A stretch of DNA of 64,000 nt. It comes from Candidatus Marinacidobacterales bacterium. GTDB taxonomy: Bacteria; Acidobacteriota; Vicinamibacteria; Marinacidobacterales; SMYC01. A model generated the notes under the pieces. It did not search any database, was not told the origin of the DNA, and worked only from the letters and a program-made list of their open reading frames with translations. The translations under genes and the position numbers were made by a program. The stretch spans positions 5,248,001-5,312,000 of the forward strand of contig OZ250169.1 in NCBI GenBank assembly GCA_965237955.1. The letters run 5' to 3'. Positions 39,410-48,597 of the stretch are shown here, in pieces; position 1 is the first letter of the stretch; each line of letters opens with the position of its first letter.

Positions 39410-39498
39410 CCTCTCCCCGGTCCCGCCTTCGCCAGTAGCTCGGTGGCGGAGGGGAGAGAGTTTCACGGAGGCCGCCAAAGACGGCCTGGTGAGGGGGG
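39410..39498 (-). repeat. REP-like structured intergenic element (copy 2)
   Basis: Reverse complement reads CCCCCTCACC-hairpin-CTCCGTGAAACTCTCTCCCC-insert-GGGGAGAGG. Confidence 0.65.
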
Positions 39499-39546
39499 CG
39501 GCGGCGGCGATCTGTGATCTCCGAAGCCGCCCCCTGACTCAAACCT

Positions 39547-39562
39547 GCTGATGGCCGATGGC
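39547..39562 (-). repeat. 16-bp intergenic motif GCCATCGGCCATCAGC
   Basis: Exact copy 12 bp after the hsp20 stop. Confidence 0.6.
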
Positions 39563-39574
39563 CGAAGGCGCCGC

Positions 39575-40012
39575 TTACTGTACGTTCACTTCAATCTGCC
39601 GCGGCTTCGCCTCGTCCGCCTTGGGAAGGGCCAGCGTGAGAACGCCTTCCTTGTACTCCGCCAGGATCTTGGAAACGTTGACCGTGCTCGGCAGGCTGAA
39701 GGAACGGCTGAACGTTCCGTAGGACCGCTCGGTCCGGAAGTAGCCGTCGTCCTTGACCTCTTCCTTGCGCTCCTTCTTGCCGCGGATGGTGAGGACGTTG
39801 TTCTCGACGCGCACGTCGATGTCTTCCTTCTTCATGCCGGGAACTTCGGCATGGATGACGACTTCGGCACCCTTGTCGTAGATGTCGACGGCGGGGCTCC
39901 ACGCGCCGAGGAAATCATTGTTCTCCTCGCGGGGAAGGTCGAACAGCCGGTTGAATCGGCTGGAGAGAGTATTGAACTCTTTCCAAAAAGGGTCTCTAAC
40001 CACTAGGTTCAT
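39575..40012 (-). CDS. Hsp20/alpha-crystallin small heat shock protein
   Basis: WSPAVDI, PGMKKEDIDV, ERSYGTFSRSFSLP, YKEGVLTL.LPK; GAGGAGG RBS. Confidence 0.95.
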   Translation of the reverse strand: MNLVVRDPFWKEFNTLSSRFNRLFDLPREENNDFLGAWSPAVDIYDKGAEVVIHAEVPGMKKEDIDVRVENNVLTIRGKKERKEEVKDDGYFRTERSYGTFSRSFSLPSTVNVSKILAEYKEGVLTLALPKADEAKPRQIEVNVQ

Positions 40013-40080
40013 GGGAATCCTCCTCGTATACCAATCTGGTTGAAATTGAAACTGTCTGGTTTCTGGCTATCACGAGTATC

Positions 40081-40166
40081 ACTATACTAGATTCTGAAGA
40101 TTTAATCAAATAAATATATTTATTATAAACTAATATAATATTAGTATATATAAATAAGATATATAA
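40081..40166 (-). promoter_or_regulatory. hsp20 promoter with an extremely AT-rich palindromic upstream tract
   Basis: TTGATT-17 bp-TATAGT on the minus strand; palindromes at 40109-40124 and 40129-40145. Confidence 0.6.
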
Positions 40167-40195
40167 CCTTAGTCCCGTGATAGACTTCCAGCACT

Positions 40196-40729
40196 TTGGT
40201 AGGAGCCGCATCGCTTTCCAGATGGCGTGTCCCGCTGGGCTGGGCCGCGGGCCTCACCGCACTCTACGTGGCGTCGCCTAGAGCGCCTCTCTATGCCGCG
40301 GGGCTCGCGATCGCTGCCTTCGGCGAAGCCGTGCGGATTTGGGCTGCCGGCCACCTCGACAAGAACACGCGCCTCACCATGAGCGGTCCTTACGCATGGA
40401 CGCGGAACCCCTTGTATTTCGGAAGCGCCTGGATTGGGCTGGGTTTGGCGCTAGCGACGGGAAGGCTCTTTCTGGTGGCGGTGGTGGTGGCGTTGTTCGT
40501 CGCGGTTTACGTGCCGGTGATGAAGCGCGAGGCGGCTCGTCTGGCCGAGACGTTCCCAGCCGCTTACCGTGCGTACGCGGATCGCACGCGGCTTTTTTGG
40601 CCTCGTCCGCCGAAGGCAGGGGACAAAGAAGGCGGCTTTTCGACGAAGCGGCTGCTTGCGAACCGCGAGCACCTTACGGTGGCAGGATGGCTCGCAGTAG
40701 CCGGGATTATCGGCTGGAAACTGTTGTAA
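40196..40729 (+). CDS. Isoprenylcysteine carboxylmethyltransferase/PEMT family membrane protein
   Basis: RIWAAGHL, GPYAWTRNPLY.GS; start uncertain. Confidence 0.75.
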   Translation: MVGAASLSRWRVPLGWAAGLTALYVASPRAPLYAAGLAIAAFGEAVRIWAAGHLDKNTRLTMSGPYAWTRNPLYFGSAWIGLGLALATGRLFLVAVVVALFVAVYVPVMKREAARLAETFPAAYRAYADRTRLFWPRPPKAGDKEGGFSTKRLLANREHLTVAGWLAVAGIIGWKLL

Positions 40730-40738
40730 CGAAAGGTA

Positions 40739-41050
40739 TTATCGTCCGTACGTTGCGACGAAGCCGGTTGGGATGACCTTCATGCGCCTACCCATCTCTT
40801 CGTCGTAGTAGCGACGATAGAGGATGTCCCACTCCTCGCCGCCTTCGGGAATGTCGCGCCGCTGGCTTTCGATTTTGTAGCGAACCGCCTGGTCGATGAC
40901 CTCGTCGTCTCTGAGCTCTTCTTGGATGATGCGGGCAATCTCGAGACGGATGTCGCTTTCCTCTTCGAAAAACTCGATTTCAGGCTCGCTCCGGAGGTAG
41001 TTCATGATGAGGTTGGCGAGGTGATTGACCTTGGCGTTCGACAGTCGCAT
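40739..41050 (-). CDS. DUF507 family protein
   Basis: MRLS..KVNHLA...IPEGGEEWDILYRRYYDEE. Confidence 0.75.
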   Translation of the reverse strand: MRLSNAKVNHLANLIMNYLRSEPEIEFFEEESDIRLEIARIIQEELRDDEVIDQAVRYKIESQRRDIPEGGEEWDILYRRYYDEEMGRRMKVIPTGFVATYGR

Positions 41051-41057
41051 AGCGCGG

Positions 41058-41336
41058 TTAGAGGATAATCTTCCTTTGCCGGGCGAGCTTTTTCTTGATC
41101 ATTTTGAACATCTCGCGGTACTCGACGTTCGTCCGTCGCATTTCCTCGGCGTGCTCGGTGAGGATCTCGCGAACTTCGTCGTTCAGCCGATCCTCCACGA
41201 GAAGCTCTTCGGTCATGATGGCGATAAGCGATCGAACCATGTGAGCCGGATCGTCCGAATCGGTAAGCTCCTTCTCGTGGAGCTCCTTGGTGATACGGTA
41301 AGCAATGTACTCAACTTGATTCTTGGTTAGTCGCAT
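41058..41336 (-). CDS. DUF507 family protein (tandem paralog)
   Basis: EDRLNDEVREIL...YREMFKMIKKKLA. Confidence 0.75.
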   Translation of the reverse strand: MRLTKNQVEYIAYRITKELHEKELTDSDDPAHMVRSLIAIMTEELLVEDRLNDEVREILTEHAEEMRRTNVEYREMFKMIKKKLARQRKIIL

Positions 41337-41394
41337 ACTCGATCAAAGAAGCCTATCACGCGGCTCGACGCAACCTCAAGAAGAACTGGAGGTT

Positions 41395-42283
41395 CTGCTG
41401 CCTTTTTGCCTGTTATTGCTCGTTTTGACGGCTTTCCCAGCTGCGGTGCTCGCGCAATCGGAAGTTTCCGGCCAGATCGGTGGGGTCGTCTTTGCCGATG
41501 GAGATGGTGATGGCCGGCGCGGACCCGGCGAGGCCGGCATCGGCGTCGTCGTCGTCTGCTCCCGATCGAGTGCGCGGCGACCGATGACGACGGTACCTAC
41601 GAGGTCCAAGTCGATCCGGGCTACCGCGTCGTGTGGGTGCGCCAACCCGACGGCTATCGAGCCGCGCGCGGTTCTGGCGGCGCGTGCCCGCTGACCCGCT
41701 CGAGTAGCTAGTAAGTTTTCCTTTAGAAGAGTCGGCTCCGTTACCCGTGCGCGCGTTCAGTTTCATCCACGCGTCGGATACTCACCTCGACGAAGAGAGC
41801 GTTCCGAGATTTCGGCGTCTTCGAGAGATCACCGAAGAGCGCGGCGTCGACTTCGTTTTGATTATGGGTGACCTCATCCGCGACGCACTCCGCGTTTCGG
41901 AGGAGACGGCCCGCGAGCGCTTCGAGCTTTTCCGCAAAGAAAAGAGCGACTTCCCCGTGCCTGTGTGGGTCGTGCCCGGAAACCACGAGAACTTCGGGAT
42001 CGAGCGCGATCGAACCGGCGTTTCCTCGGACCGACCTACTACTCGTTCGACTACGGAGGCGTCCACTTCGTCGCGCTCCGACACCGTCGACATCGAAGAC
42101 CAGTCGTACTACGCGCACGTCGACGCGATCCAGATGAGCTGGCTCGACGAGGACTTGTACGCGGTCGACACCGACACTCCCGTCGTGACCTTCAACCACA
42201 TCCCGCTCTTCTCAGCGGCCATTCACGGAAATTTCTACCCGGATGGAGTACGTCTCCCGCGTGACCCTCTACAATTTTCGTGA
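41395..42283 (+). pseudogene. Calcineurin-like metallophosphoesterase, multiply frameshifted and truncated
   Basis: GVVFADGDGDG N-terminus; HASDTH, GDL, VPGNHE, GPTYYSFDYGGVHFV, FNHIP in alternating frames. Confidence 0.75.
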
Positions 42284-42344
42284 CGGGGCGATCGCGGGCT
42301 GGGAGTTCATCCCCCTGGACAGACTGGACAGCCTTCAGGATCCG

Positions 42345-42373
42345 TTGACAGCTCCCGCTAACGTCGCTATACT
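42345..42373 (+). promoter_or_regulatory. Sigma70 promoter of tRNA-Asp
   Basis: TTGACA-17 bp-TATACT. Confidence 0.8.
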
Positions 42374-42419
42374 CGACTGTTTTCGCGGGTGGCTTGTCAC
42401 CCGTATCCCATGACCTAGC

Positions 42420-42496
42420 GGGGTCGTAGTTCAGTTGGCTAGAACGCCTGCCTGTCACGCAGGAGGTCGCGAGTTCGAGTCTCGTCGGCCCCGCCA
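42420..42496 (+). tRNA. tRNA-Asp(GTC)
   Basis: GGGGTCG/CGGCCCC-G-CCA acceptor, CCTGC-CTGTCAC-GCAGG anticodon arm, GTTCGAGTC. Confidence 0.97.
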
Positions 42497-42548
42497 TAGT
42501 TTCCAATCACTTGCAGCGATCCTATTGGACCCGTTTGTGGCGATTGTC

Positions 42549-43635
42549 TGCCTTGGTGCACAACTCCGATAGAGGCCGAGAGCTCGCTTGGCCCCGACTC
42601 CCATCATCCGATCATCTCGCTATCAGGCATCCCGAGCGCCGTCATCGTGTTGAGAATCTTGCACCCGATCCTTGCCTCGACTCTCTGTGCCGCCAACCCT
42701 CTCGCTCGCATCGCTGAGCCCACGATAGCCTTGTAGCGATGGAACGTTGTCTCGACTTTGCTCCGTTTGCTGTAGCCCGATTCTGTGTGCCACTTTCGTT
42801 TGCCGAGCCGAGCTTGTGCTGCAATGTTGCGATTGCGCTGTCGGCTGCTCGCCGGCCCCGATGCGAGCTGGGCGCCCTTGCGCGGCGGTATCAGCACCCT
42901 CGGCGAGCAATGAGCGCTGTGATTCTCGATTGCCTCATAGACGCCGCCGGCGTCGTATGCGGTGTCAGCTCTGGCCGATGAGATGGGACTGTCGATCTGT
43001 CCGACAAGCGATGCAACCCGCGATGAATCGCGGGCTCTTTTGCTCGTCAGCTCGCCGGCGACGACTTCGCCACTCTGCTCGTCGACACACAGATGGAGCT
43101 TGCGATAGTCCCTGCTCTTTGGTGCTCTGCGCAGCTGGCCGGCGTGGACAGCGAGACCGCTGCTGTCGATCAAGATGTGCAACGGCGTCTTCTGCTTGTC
43201 TTGGTAGAAGGGGACCTTACCCAGCTTCGCCTTGCGCCTCGAGATCGTGGTGTGATCGGGCACATCATTGTCTAGCTTCATCAGAGCGAACAACGATCGC
43301 AGCAATCCCTCGCTCTGCCTAGATGACAGATGAAACACCATGCCCAGGGTGACAGCCGTCTCGATGGCGTGGTTCGAGTACTTGCGTTGACGGCCCGGTT
43401 TCCTCCTCCTCGGCCGGGGCGCGTCCCAGTTCACAAGCTTGCCGGCGGTGAGCGAGATCCAGACGGTCAGGCTCCCACGGTTGCGTAGACCCGCCTCATA
43501 TTCACGCCAATTCCTCACGCGATAGGCCTTCTTCACATACTTCCGCTGAGTGCGTTTGAAAATGCTCATGGGGAACCTCGAATCCGTGAGTAAAGGACAA
43601 TTGTGGACCGAGATCGCGAGTTGTGCACCAAGGCA
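42549..43635 (-). mobile_element. IS5 family (IS903-type) insertion sequence, second lineage
   Basis: Perfect TIR TGCCTTGGTGCACAACTC / GAGTTGTGCACCAAGGCA; no target duplication. Confidence 0.9.
42604..43569 (-). CDS. IS5 family transposase
   Basis: YRVRNWREYEAGLRNRGSLTVW, IDSSG, RKLHL, ADTAYD, YSKRSKVE. Confidence 0.92.
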   Translation of the reverse strand: MSIFKRTQRKYVKKAYRVRNWREYEAGLRNRGSLTVWISLTAGKLVNWDAPRPRRRKPGRQRKYSNHAIETAVTLGMVFHLSSRQSEGLLRSLFALMKLDNDVPDHTTISRRKAKLGKVPFYQDKQKTPLHILIDSSGLAVHAGQLRRAPKSRDYRKLHLCVDEQSGEVVAGELTSKRARDSSRVASLVGQIDSPISSARADTAYDAGGVYEAIENHSAHCSPRVLIPPRKGAQLASGPASSRQRNRNIAAQARLGKRKWHTESGYSKRSKVETTFHRYKAIVGSAMRARGLAAQRVEARIGCKILNTMTALGMPDSEMIG

Positions 43636-44033
43636 ACGTTCCAGTGGAGTTCACGCTCTGCGAGCACCTGGAAAATGCGGTGCTCTACCAGGGCGACCAA
43701 GCGGTGAGCCTGATGCCTGTGAAGCGCATCTTTCAGTTCACCTACTATCCTCACCTGGAACGCATTGAGCCGGAGAAGACGGAGGTACGTGTGGAAGGGA
43801 TGCGCACCAACGGCGAAGATTTCACCGGCCGTCTAGCGGTGACGCCGTGGGGCATCTTTACCGCGATCGAACAAATCGATCTCGATCTGAACAAGCAACT
43901 GGCTCGCATGAAGTACAAGATCGACGTACGCTACAAAACCCGCACGTTGAAGTTCCGCTGCAGCGATTCGTGTTCACTCGGGTCGAAACCCGAGGCGGTC
44001 GCGGCCGACGCGGGGACGACGTCCTCACCGTAG
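43636..44033 (+). pseudogene. 5'-truncated hypothetical gene adjacent to the IS
   Basis: Open frame runs from the IS end to TAG at 44033 without its own start. Confidence 0.5.
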
Positions 44034-44073
44034 ACAGTCTGGTTTTCGGCGTCGCTTGGTTTAGAATGATTGG

Positions 44074-44793
44074 ATGAGCACGCCGCCGCCACTTCCTCCG
44101 GAGAGTGGCGTAGCGCCCACCACGACACCACCTCGCCTTCCTTGGGAAGAGCGTGATCGTCTCGGCTTCGTCGAGGCGATGGTGCAGACCATCCGCCTTC
44201 TCGTGACCGACCCGGCGGACGCGTTCTCTCGGCTGCGTGCGGACGGTGACCTCACGAGCCCGATGTTTTTCGGGATCATCGTTTCCTGGATCTGCATGCT
44301 TTTGTCCCAGCTCTGGAACGTTCTCCTGTCGAACACCTTGGGAGGCGCATTGGCAGACATGGAAGGTTTGGAGCTGCTCTTTCGGGCGCCAGGAATGTTG
44401 GAGCTCATAGGCATCATGGTGCTCTGGCCGGTGATGTTCGTGGTACTCGCGTTCATAGGCGCCGGAATTCTCCATCTGTGCCTGATGATGGTCGGGGCAA
44501 TGGAGAAAACCGAGCTCGGCTTCGAAGGCACACTGAAGGTCTACATCTATGCCACGGTGTCCTGGTTCGCTTTGATCATTCCCTTTGCGGGAGGCTTTGT
44601 GACGACGCTGTGGCACGTGGTGCTGCAGGTAGTAGGCTTCGCGAAGGTGCACCGTACCAGCCAGGGCCGTTCGCTCGTCGCGGTGTTGATCCCGACGATC
44701 GTTTGTTGTCTGTGCATCATCGGCATGGGGATGCTCTTCGGCGCTGTGTTATACAAAGTGTTGGAAGAGCTCATCCAGCAGGGTGGTCTCTAG
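44074..44793 (+). CDS. YIP1 family membrane protein
   Basis: LPWEER, P..AF, HLCLM.VG...GFEGT, IPFAG; several TM helices. Confidence 0.75.
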   Translation: MSTPPPLPPESGVAPTTTPPRLPWEERDRLGFVEAMVQTIRLLVTDPADAFSRLRADGDLTSPMFFGIIVSWICMLLSQLWNVLLSNTLGGALADMEGLELLFRAPGMLELIGIMVLWPVMFVVLAFIGAGILHLCLMMVGAMEKTELGFEGTLKVYIYATVSWFALIIPFAGGFVTTLWHVVLQVVGFAKVHRTSQGRSLVAVLIPTIVCCLCIIGMGMLFGAVLYKVLEELIQQGGL

Positions 44794-45170
44794 TGCGACG
44801 CCAGATCGCGTTTATATGGGGTGGGGTTGCCGCCGCGCTCATCGCACTCTCGCCGTGGGCGTCCGAACTCTCCGGTGGGCTTTGGGGCTGCACGTTCAAG
44901 GCGCTGACCGGATACGCGTGCCCGACGTGCGGCACGACGCGTGCGGCGCTCGCTCTCGCACGCTTCGATTTCTCGACGGCGCTGACACACTACCCGCTGC
45001 CGACGTTGGGTTGGGTCGTCTTTTTCGGCGGTGGGCTCATCGCCGCTGCCATGGCGCTGGCTGGCCGGACGCCGCCCGCCGTACCGAACCGGCTGCCGGA
45101 TTGGGCGCGCGCGGCAATCGCAGGAGCGTTGTTTCTGAACTGGATGTACTCGATTGCTACTGGCGTATGA
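44793..45170 (+). CDS. DUF2752 family membrane protein
   Basis: CTFKALTGYACPTCGTTRA motif. Confidence 0.8.
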   Translation: MRRQIAFIWGGVAAALIALSPWASELSGGLWGCTFKALTGYACPTCGTTRAALALARFDFSTALTHYPLPTLGWVVFFGGGLIAAAMALAGRTPPAVPNRLPDWARAAIAGALFLNWMYSIATGV

Positions 45171-46467
45171 CGTCGTTACCTATCGCGATCAAGTGCTCGT
45201 CGGAACGGATGAACAACGTCCCTTCGGAAATCGCGGGTGAGGCCAGCGTCCGTTCTCCGAGGGTGTTTTTGGCCAGAAGCGTCGGCGGGGTGCCCGGCGC
45301 GAACACGAACGTCTCGCCGCCTTCGTTCATCAGGTAGACCTTTCTATCGCCGGCAACCGGTGATGCGGTAAACACACCGCCTAGGCGTTCACGCCACACC
45401 GGCTTGCCCGTTTCCGGGTCGACGACGGTCGCGATGCCGCCTTCCGTCGCCATGAACACCAGTCCTTCGTAGTAGAGAAGCGACGAAATGTAAGGTGCGC
45501 GCGTAGAAACGTGCCATTTCACGTGGCTGTCGTTGATGTCACCACGTCCCCCGAGACGAATCGCGGAGTACGGACCGCTCGAGTATCCGCGGCTTGCATA
45601 GAGCACACCGTCCGCGTAGACGGGCATGCCGATGGCGAGCGTCACGCGCTCGCCCGCGTGCCATAGGAGCTTGCCGTTAATAGGATCGTAGGATTCGATG
45701 CGATGGCTCGAGTTCACGATGAGCTCGTCACGGTCGCGGCTGTGAAGAACGAAAGGCGTTGAGTAAGAACGAATACCTGCGCCGCGGTCGACCTTCCACA
45801 TCTCTTTTCCGGTCGCGACGTCGAGTGCGACCATGTAGGCTCCCGACGGGTGATCGCACAGCAAAATGATGCTATTTCCGTAGAGAGCAGGCGAGCTCCC
45901 GTGACCCCACATTACGTGGAACGGCGCATAGTCGCGTCCGAGGTGGCGCTCCCACACGAGCTTTCCGTCCATCGTCAGCGCCACCAGCTGGCCCGTTCCC
46001 ATCCACGCGTAGATGCGCTCACCATCGGTCACGACGCTCGGGCTGGCGAGGTTGTGTTTTGGGTGCACCGACGGGAGGTTGTTTTTTGGCTCCAGCGCGC
46101 CGAAGCGATGCTGCCACACGGCTCGTCCATCATCGCGGTGGATCGCGTGCACGATGAACGTAACGCCGGTGGCTCCCGCGTAGTCGCGCGCCGCTACCGC
46201 TTCCGGAAACTCCGTGCCGCGACGGTCGAGGAGTCCAACGCCGACTTGTGATGTCAAGAACACGAGCTCGCCCCAAACGACAGGCGTCGACGTACCGAGC
46301 CCTTCGAGCGGTGCTTTCCAGCGGATGTTCTCGTCCGCGCTCCAGCGAGTGGGGAGGTTCTGCTCTCGCGATATCCCGTCTCTCGTGGGGCCGCGCCACT
46401 GGGGCCAGTTTTCAGCCCCGGCGCGCGTGGCGAGAACGAGACATGCGAAGGCGACGAGCCGTTTCAT
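45157..46467 (-). CDS. PQQ-like/BamB-type beta-propeller protein
   Basis: Signal peptide, ENWPQWRGP..DG, repeated SSP/STP and G...W blades. Confidence 0.85.
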   Translation of the reverse strand: MKRLVAFACLVLATRAGAENWPQWRGPTRDGISREQNLPTRWSADENIRWKAPLEGLGTSTPVVWGELVFLTSQVGVGLLDRRGTEFPEAVAARDYAGATGVTFIVHAIHRDDGRAVWQHRFGALEPKNNLPSVHPKHNLASPSVVTDGERIYAWMGTGQLVALTMDGKLVWERHLGRDYAPFHVMWGHGSSPALYGNSIILLCDHPSGAYMVALDVATGKEMWKVDRGAGIRSYSTPFVLHSRDRDELIVNSSHRIESYDPINGKLLWHAGERVTLAIGMPVYADGVLYASRGYSSGPYSAIRLGGRGDINDSHVKWHVSTRAPYISSLLYYEGLVFMATEGGIATVVDPETGKPVWRERLGGVFTASPVAGDRKVYLMNEGGETFVFAPGTPPTLLAKNTLGERTLASPAISEGTLFIRSDEHLIAIGNDVIRQ

Positions 46468-46520
46468 GCGGGAGATATTAACATCAAGGAAATTGAACCA
46501 GATCGGAGTCGACCTCGTCT

Positions 46521-46613
46521 ATGATGTTGTTCGTGGTGGCGCTTCTCGCGAGCTATCTTCCTGCGAGGCGCGCGACGCGTGTCAACCCGACGGTGGCGCT
46601 TCGTTACGAGTGA
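46521..46613 (+). pseudogene. Orphan C-terminus of an ADOP/MacB-like ABC permease
   Basis: VALLASYLPARRATRVNPTVALRYE* with the rest of the gene absent. Confidence 0.7.
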
Positions 46614-46981
46614 TGATTCGCTTCGGGCGGTAGCTTCTGCAGGTTTTGCTCGAGCGTATCCCGCACCGTGGAATCCATGTCGGTGAACTGGATGCCCATC
46701 CCTGCAGTTTCGGTGCCGTCGTCCAGTGGCTGTACTTCGCCTTGCCACCGCACGATGCCGTCGACCATGATCTCTTTTTCCGAGTCGTCGAAATTGAGAA
46801 TCAGGCTGACCGGTGTTCCCGTGTCCGGTCCCCGGCGCCGGGTCTTGACGAAGAGGCCTTCAGCGCTGATGTTCTGGCAGTCGGCGTCGACCGCCCGGGG
46901 CTGGCCCTTGCTGAAGTACAGAACCCGGACGCGCGCGCTGAATCGGGGCGCGTGCCGCTTGTCGACATCGTGTTCTGGCAT
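46604..46981 (-). CDS. PilZ domain protein
   Basis: KRHAPR (RxxxR), NISAEG, GIVRW, GMGIQF. Confidence 0.85.
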   Translation of the reverse strand: MPEHDVDKRHAPRFSARVRVLYFSKGQPRAVDADCQNISAEGLFVKTRRRGPDTGTPVSLILNFDDSEKEIMVDGIVRWQGEVQPLDDGTETAGMGIQFTDMDSTVRDTLEQNLQKLPPEANHHS

Positions 46982-46994
46982 GGTGTGCCGCTAA

Positions 46995-47369
46995 CTATAG
47001 CCCGAGCACGATGATGGTGTCGATTGGGTCGACCGCATCAGAGGGGACGGATAGCTCGAGCTCACCGCCGGGTCGGGTGGTGATCGCGACCTCGCGGTCG
47101 TGCCGAATAAGGTCGCTTTTTTGACGTCGAGCCCCTGGGTCCCCGGCAGCACTAGCTTCGTGGTTGCCGGCTCCAGCACGTGGACGTACAGCGTGGTGGG
47201 GGTACGGGTCATGACGCCCCAGCTCTGAGTGTAGTCGCTGACGTCCGAGTCCCACATCGCGAAGCCGTCGTGATGCTTCGACGTGATGGTGATGTAGCCA
47301 TGCCGGCTTGTTTGGCGAGGCGCACCCATTCGGCCGGATCGTAGTCGACTGGATTGAACTTGCCTTCAT
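46995..47369 (-). pseudogene. GH29 alpha-L-fucosidase remnant with large internal deletion
   Basis: FNPVDYDPAEWVRLAKQAGM, YITITSKHHDGFAMWDS joined directly to the C-terminal WGVMTR...LYVHVL...DPIDTIIVL. Confidence 0.75.
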
Positions 47370-47392
47370 GTGGTGTATTCTGCCATTGAACG

Positions 47393-48571
47393 ATGAGCCA
47401 ACTCAAAAGCGGAAGAGCTCTCGGCTTTCTTGCTGTCACTTTTGCACTTGCCGTCGGCTGCTCGGACCCACCGTCGTCGCCAACGGATCCATCCACGCCA
47501 ACCCCGCCCTCGAGCGGGAGCGGACGTTTCGTCGCCGCGCAGCTCTTGGCGCTTCCGGAGTTCGCGTCGGCCATGGTGTTTACCGGAGTCGATCGGATTC
47601 TCTACACGGAGAAAGGTGGTTTCGGTGGCGTTCGCGACGCGTCGGTGCGGCTCGTGGAGGATGGTGGTCTAGCAAGCGAGCCCGTGATCACGTTCTCCGA
47701 TGTCGAGACCCGCTCCGAAAAGGGACTGCTCGGGATCACGCTCGATCCGAACTACGCCTCCAATCGTCTCGTGTATGTGTTCTACACCCACGCGCGGAGC
47801 AACCGGAACCGCGTGGTGCGGTTCCGAGACGATCGGATGGATCAAACTGCGGCCGACAGCACCATCGTGCTCGGTGAGCTCCCCACCGGCGATTGCGGCA
47901 ACCACCAAGGCGGCAACATCGCGTTCGGCCCCGACGGGATGCTCTACGTCACGATTGGGGATAACGCATGCAACCGGTGTCTGAGCCAGGACAATCGAAC
48001 CCTCGCCGGGAAGATCCTCCGCTTCACCCGCGACGGTGACGTCCCGGGCGACAATCCGTTTGCGGGAGCGGCGTTTCCCCGCTCGGCGTTTTTTGCGATG
48101 GGTCTTCGCAACAGCTTCGACTTCGCCATCCATCCACGAACGGGAGAGATCGTGGCCACGGAAAACGGCCCCACTACGAACGATGAGATCAACCACATCG
48201 TCGCTGGACAAAACTATGGCTGGCCGTTTTTTCAGTGCGCCGAAGCTCAAGGAAACGTCTGCTCGTCCGACCGGCCGAACCAGAAGCCACCTCTGCGTTG
48301 TCACGGCACGGTCATCGCACCCACAGGGATCACGTTCTACGACGGCACCGCGTACCCCGCCGAGTTCAGGGGCAGCGTGTTCTACGGCGATTTCATTACC
48401 GGAACGTTGCGACGGCTGGTCCTGTCCGACGACGCCGATACGCTCCTGACCGAGGATCAGCAGTTTCTTTCCGGCTTCGGAAGCATCATCGACATCGTCG
48501 AGGGCCCAGACGGGCTTCTCTACCTGCTCACCGACGGCGATATCCAGAGAATCGACTTCTTGGCGGATTGA
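47393..48571 (+). CDS. PQQ-dependent sugar dehydrogenase (GSDH/YliI family) lipoprotein
   Basis: Lipobox LAVGC, EKGLLGI, HQGGNIAFGPDGMLY, GKILR, GLRN, DEIN, NYGWP. Confidence 0.88.
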   Translation: MSQLKSGRALGFLAVTFALAVGCSDPPSSPTDPSTPTPPSSGSGRFVAAQLLALPEFASAMVFTGVDRILYTEKGGFGGVRDASVRLVEDGGLASEPVITFSDVETRSEKGLLGITLDPNYASNRLVYVFYTHARSNRNRVVRFRDDRMDQTAADSTIVLGELPTGDCGNHQGGNIAFGPDGMLYVTIGDNACNRCLSQDNRTLAGKILRFTRDGDVPGDNPFAGAAFPRSAFFAMGLRNSFDFAIHPRTGEIVATENGPTTNDEINHIVAGQNYGWPFFQCAEAQGNVCSSDRPNQKPPLRCHGTVIAPTGITFYDGTAYPAEFRGSVFYGDFITGTLRRLVLSDDADTLLTEDQQFLSGFGSIIDIVEGPDGLLYLLTDGDIQRIDFLAD

Positions 48572-48597
48572 CGCGACGATTTCGCGTTTAGGCCTCT

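Noticed and set aside
40097-40170. AT-rich tract as an oriC unwinding element
   Set aside because: No DnaA boxes (TTATCCACA) or replication genes seen nearby; the tract abuts the hsp20 promoter
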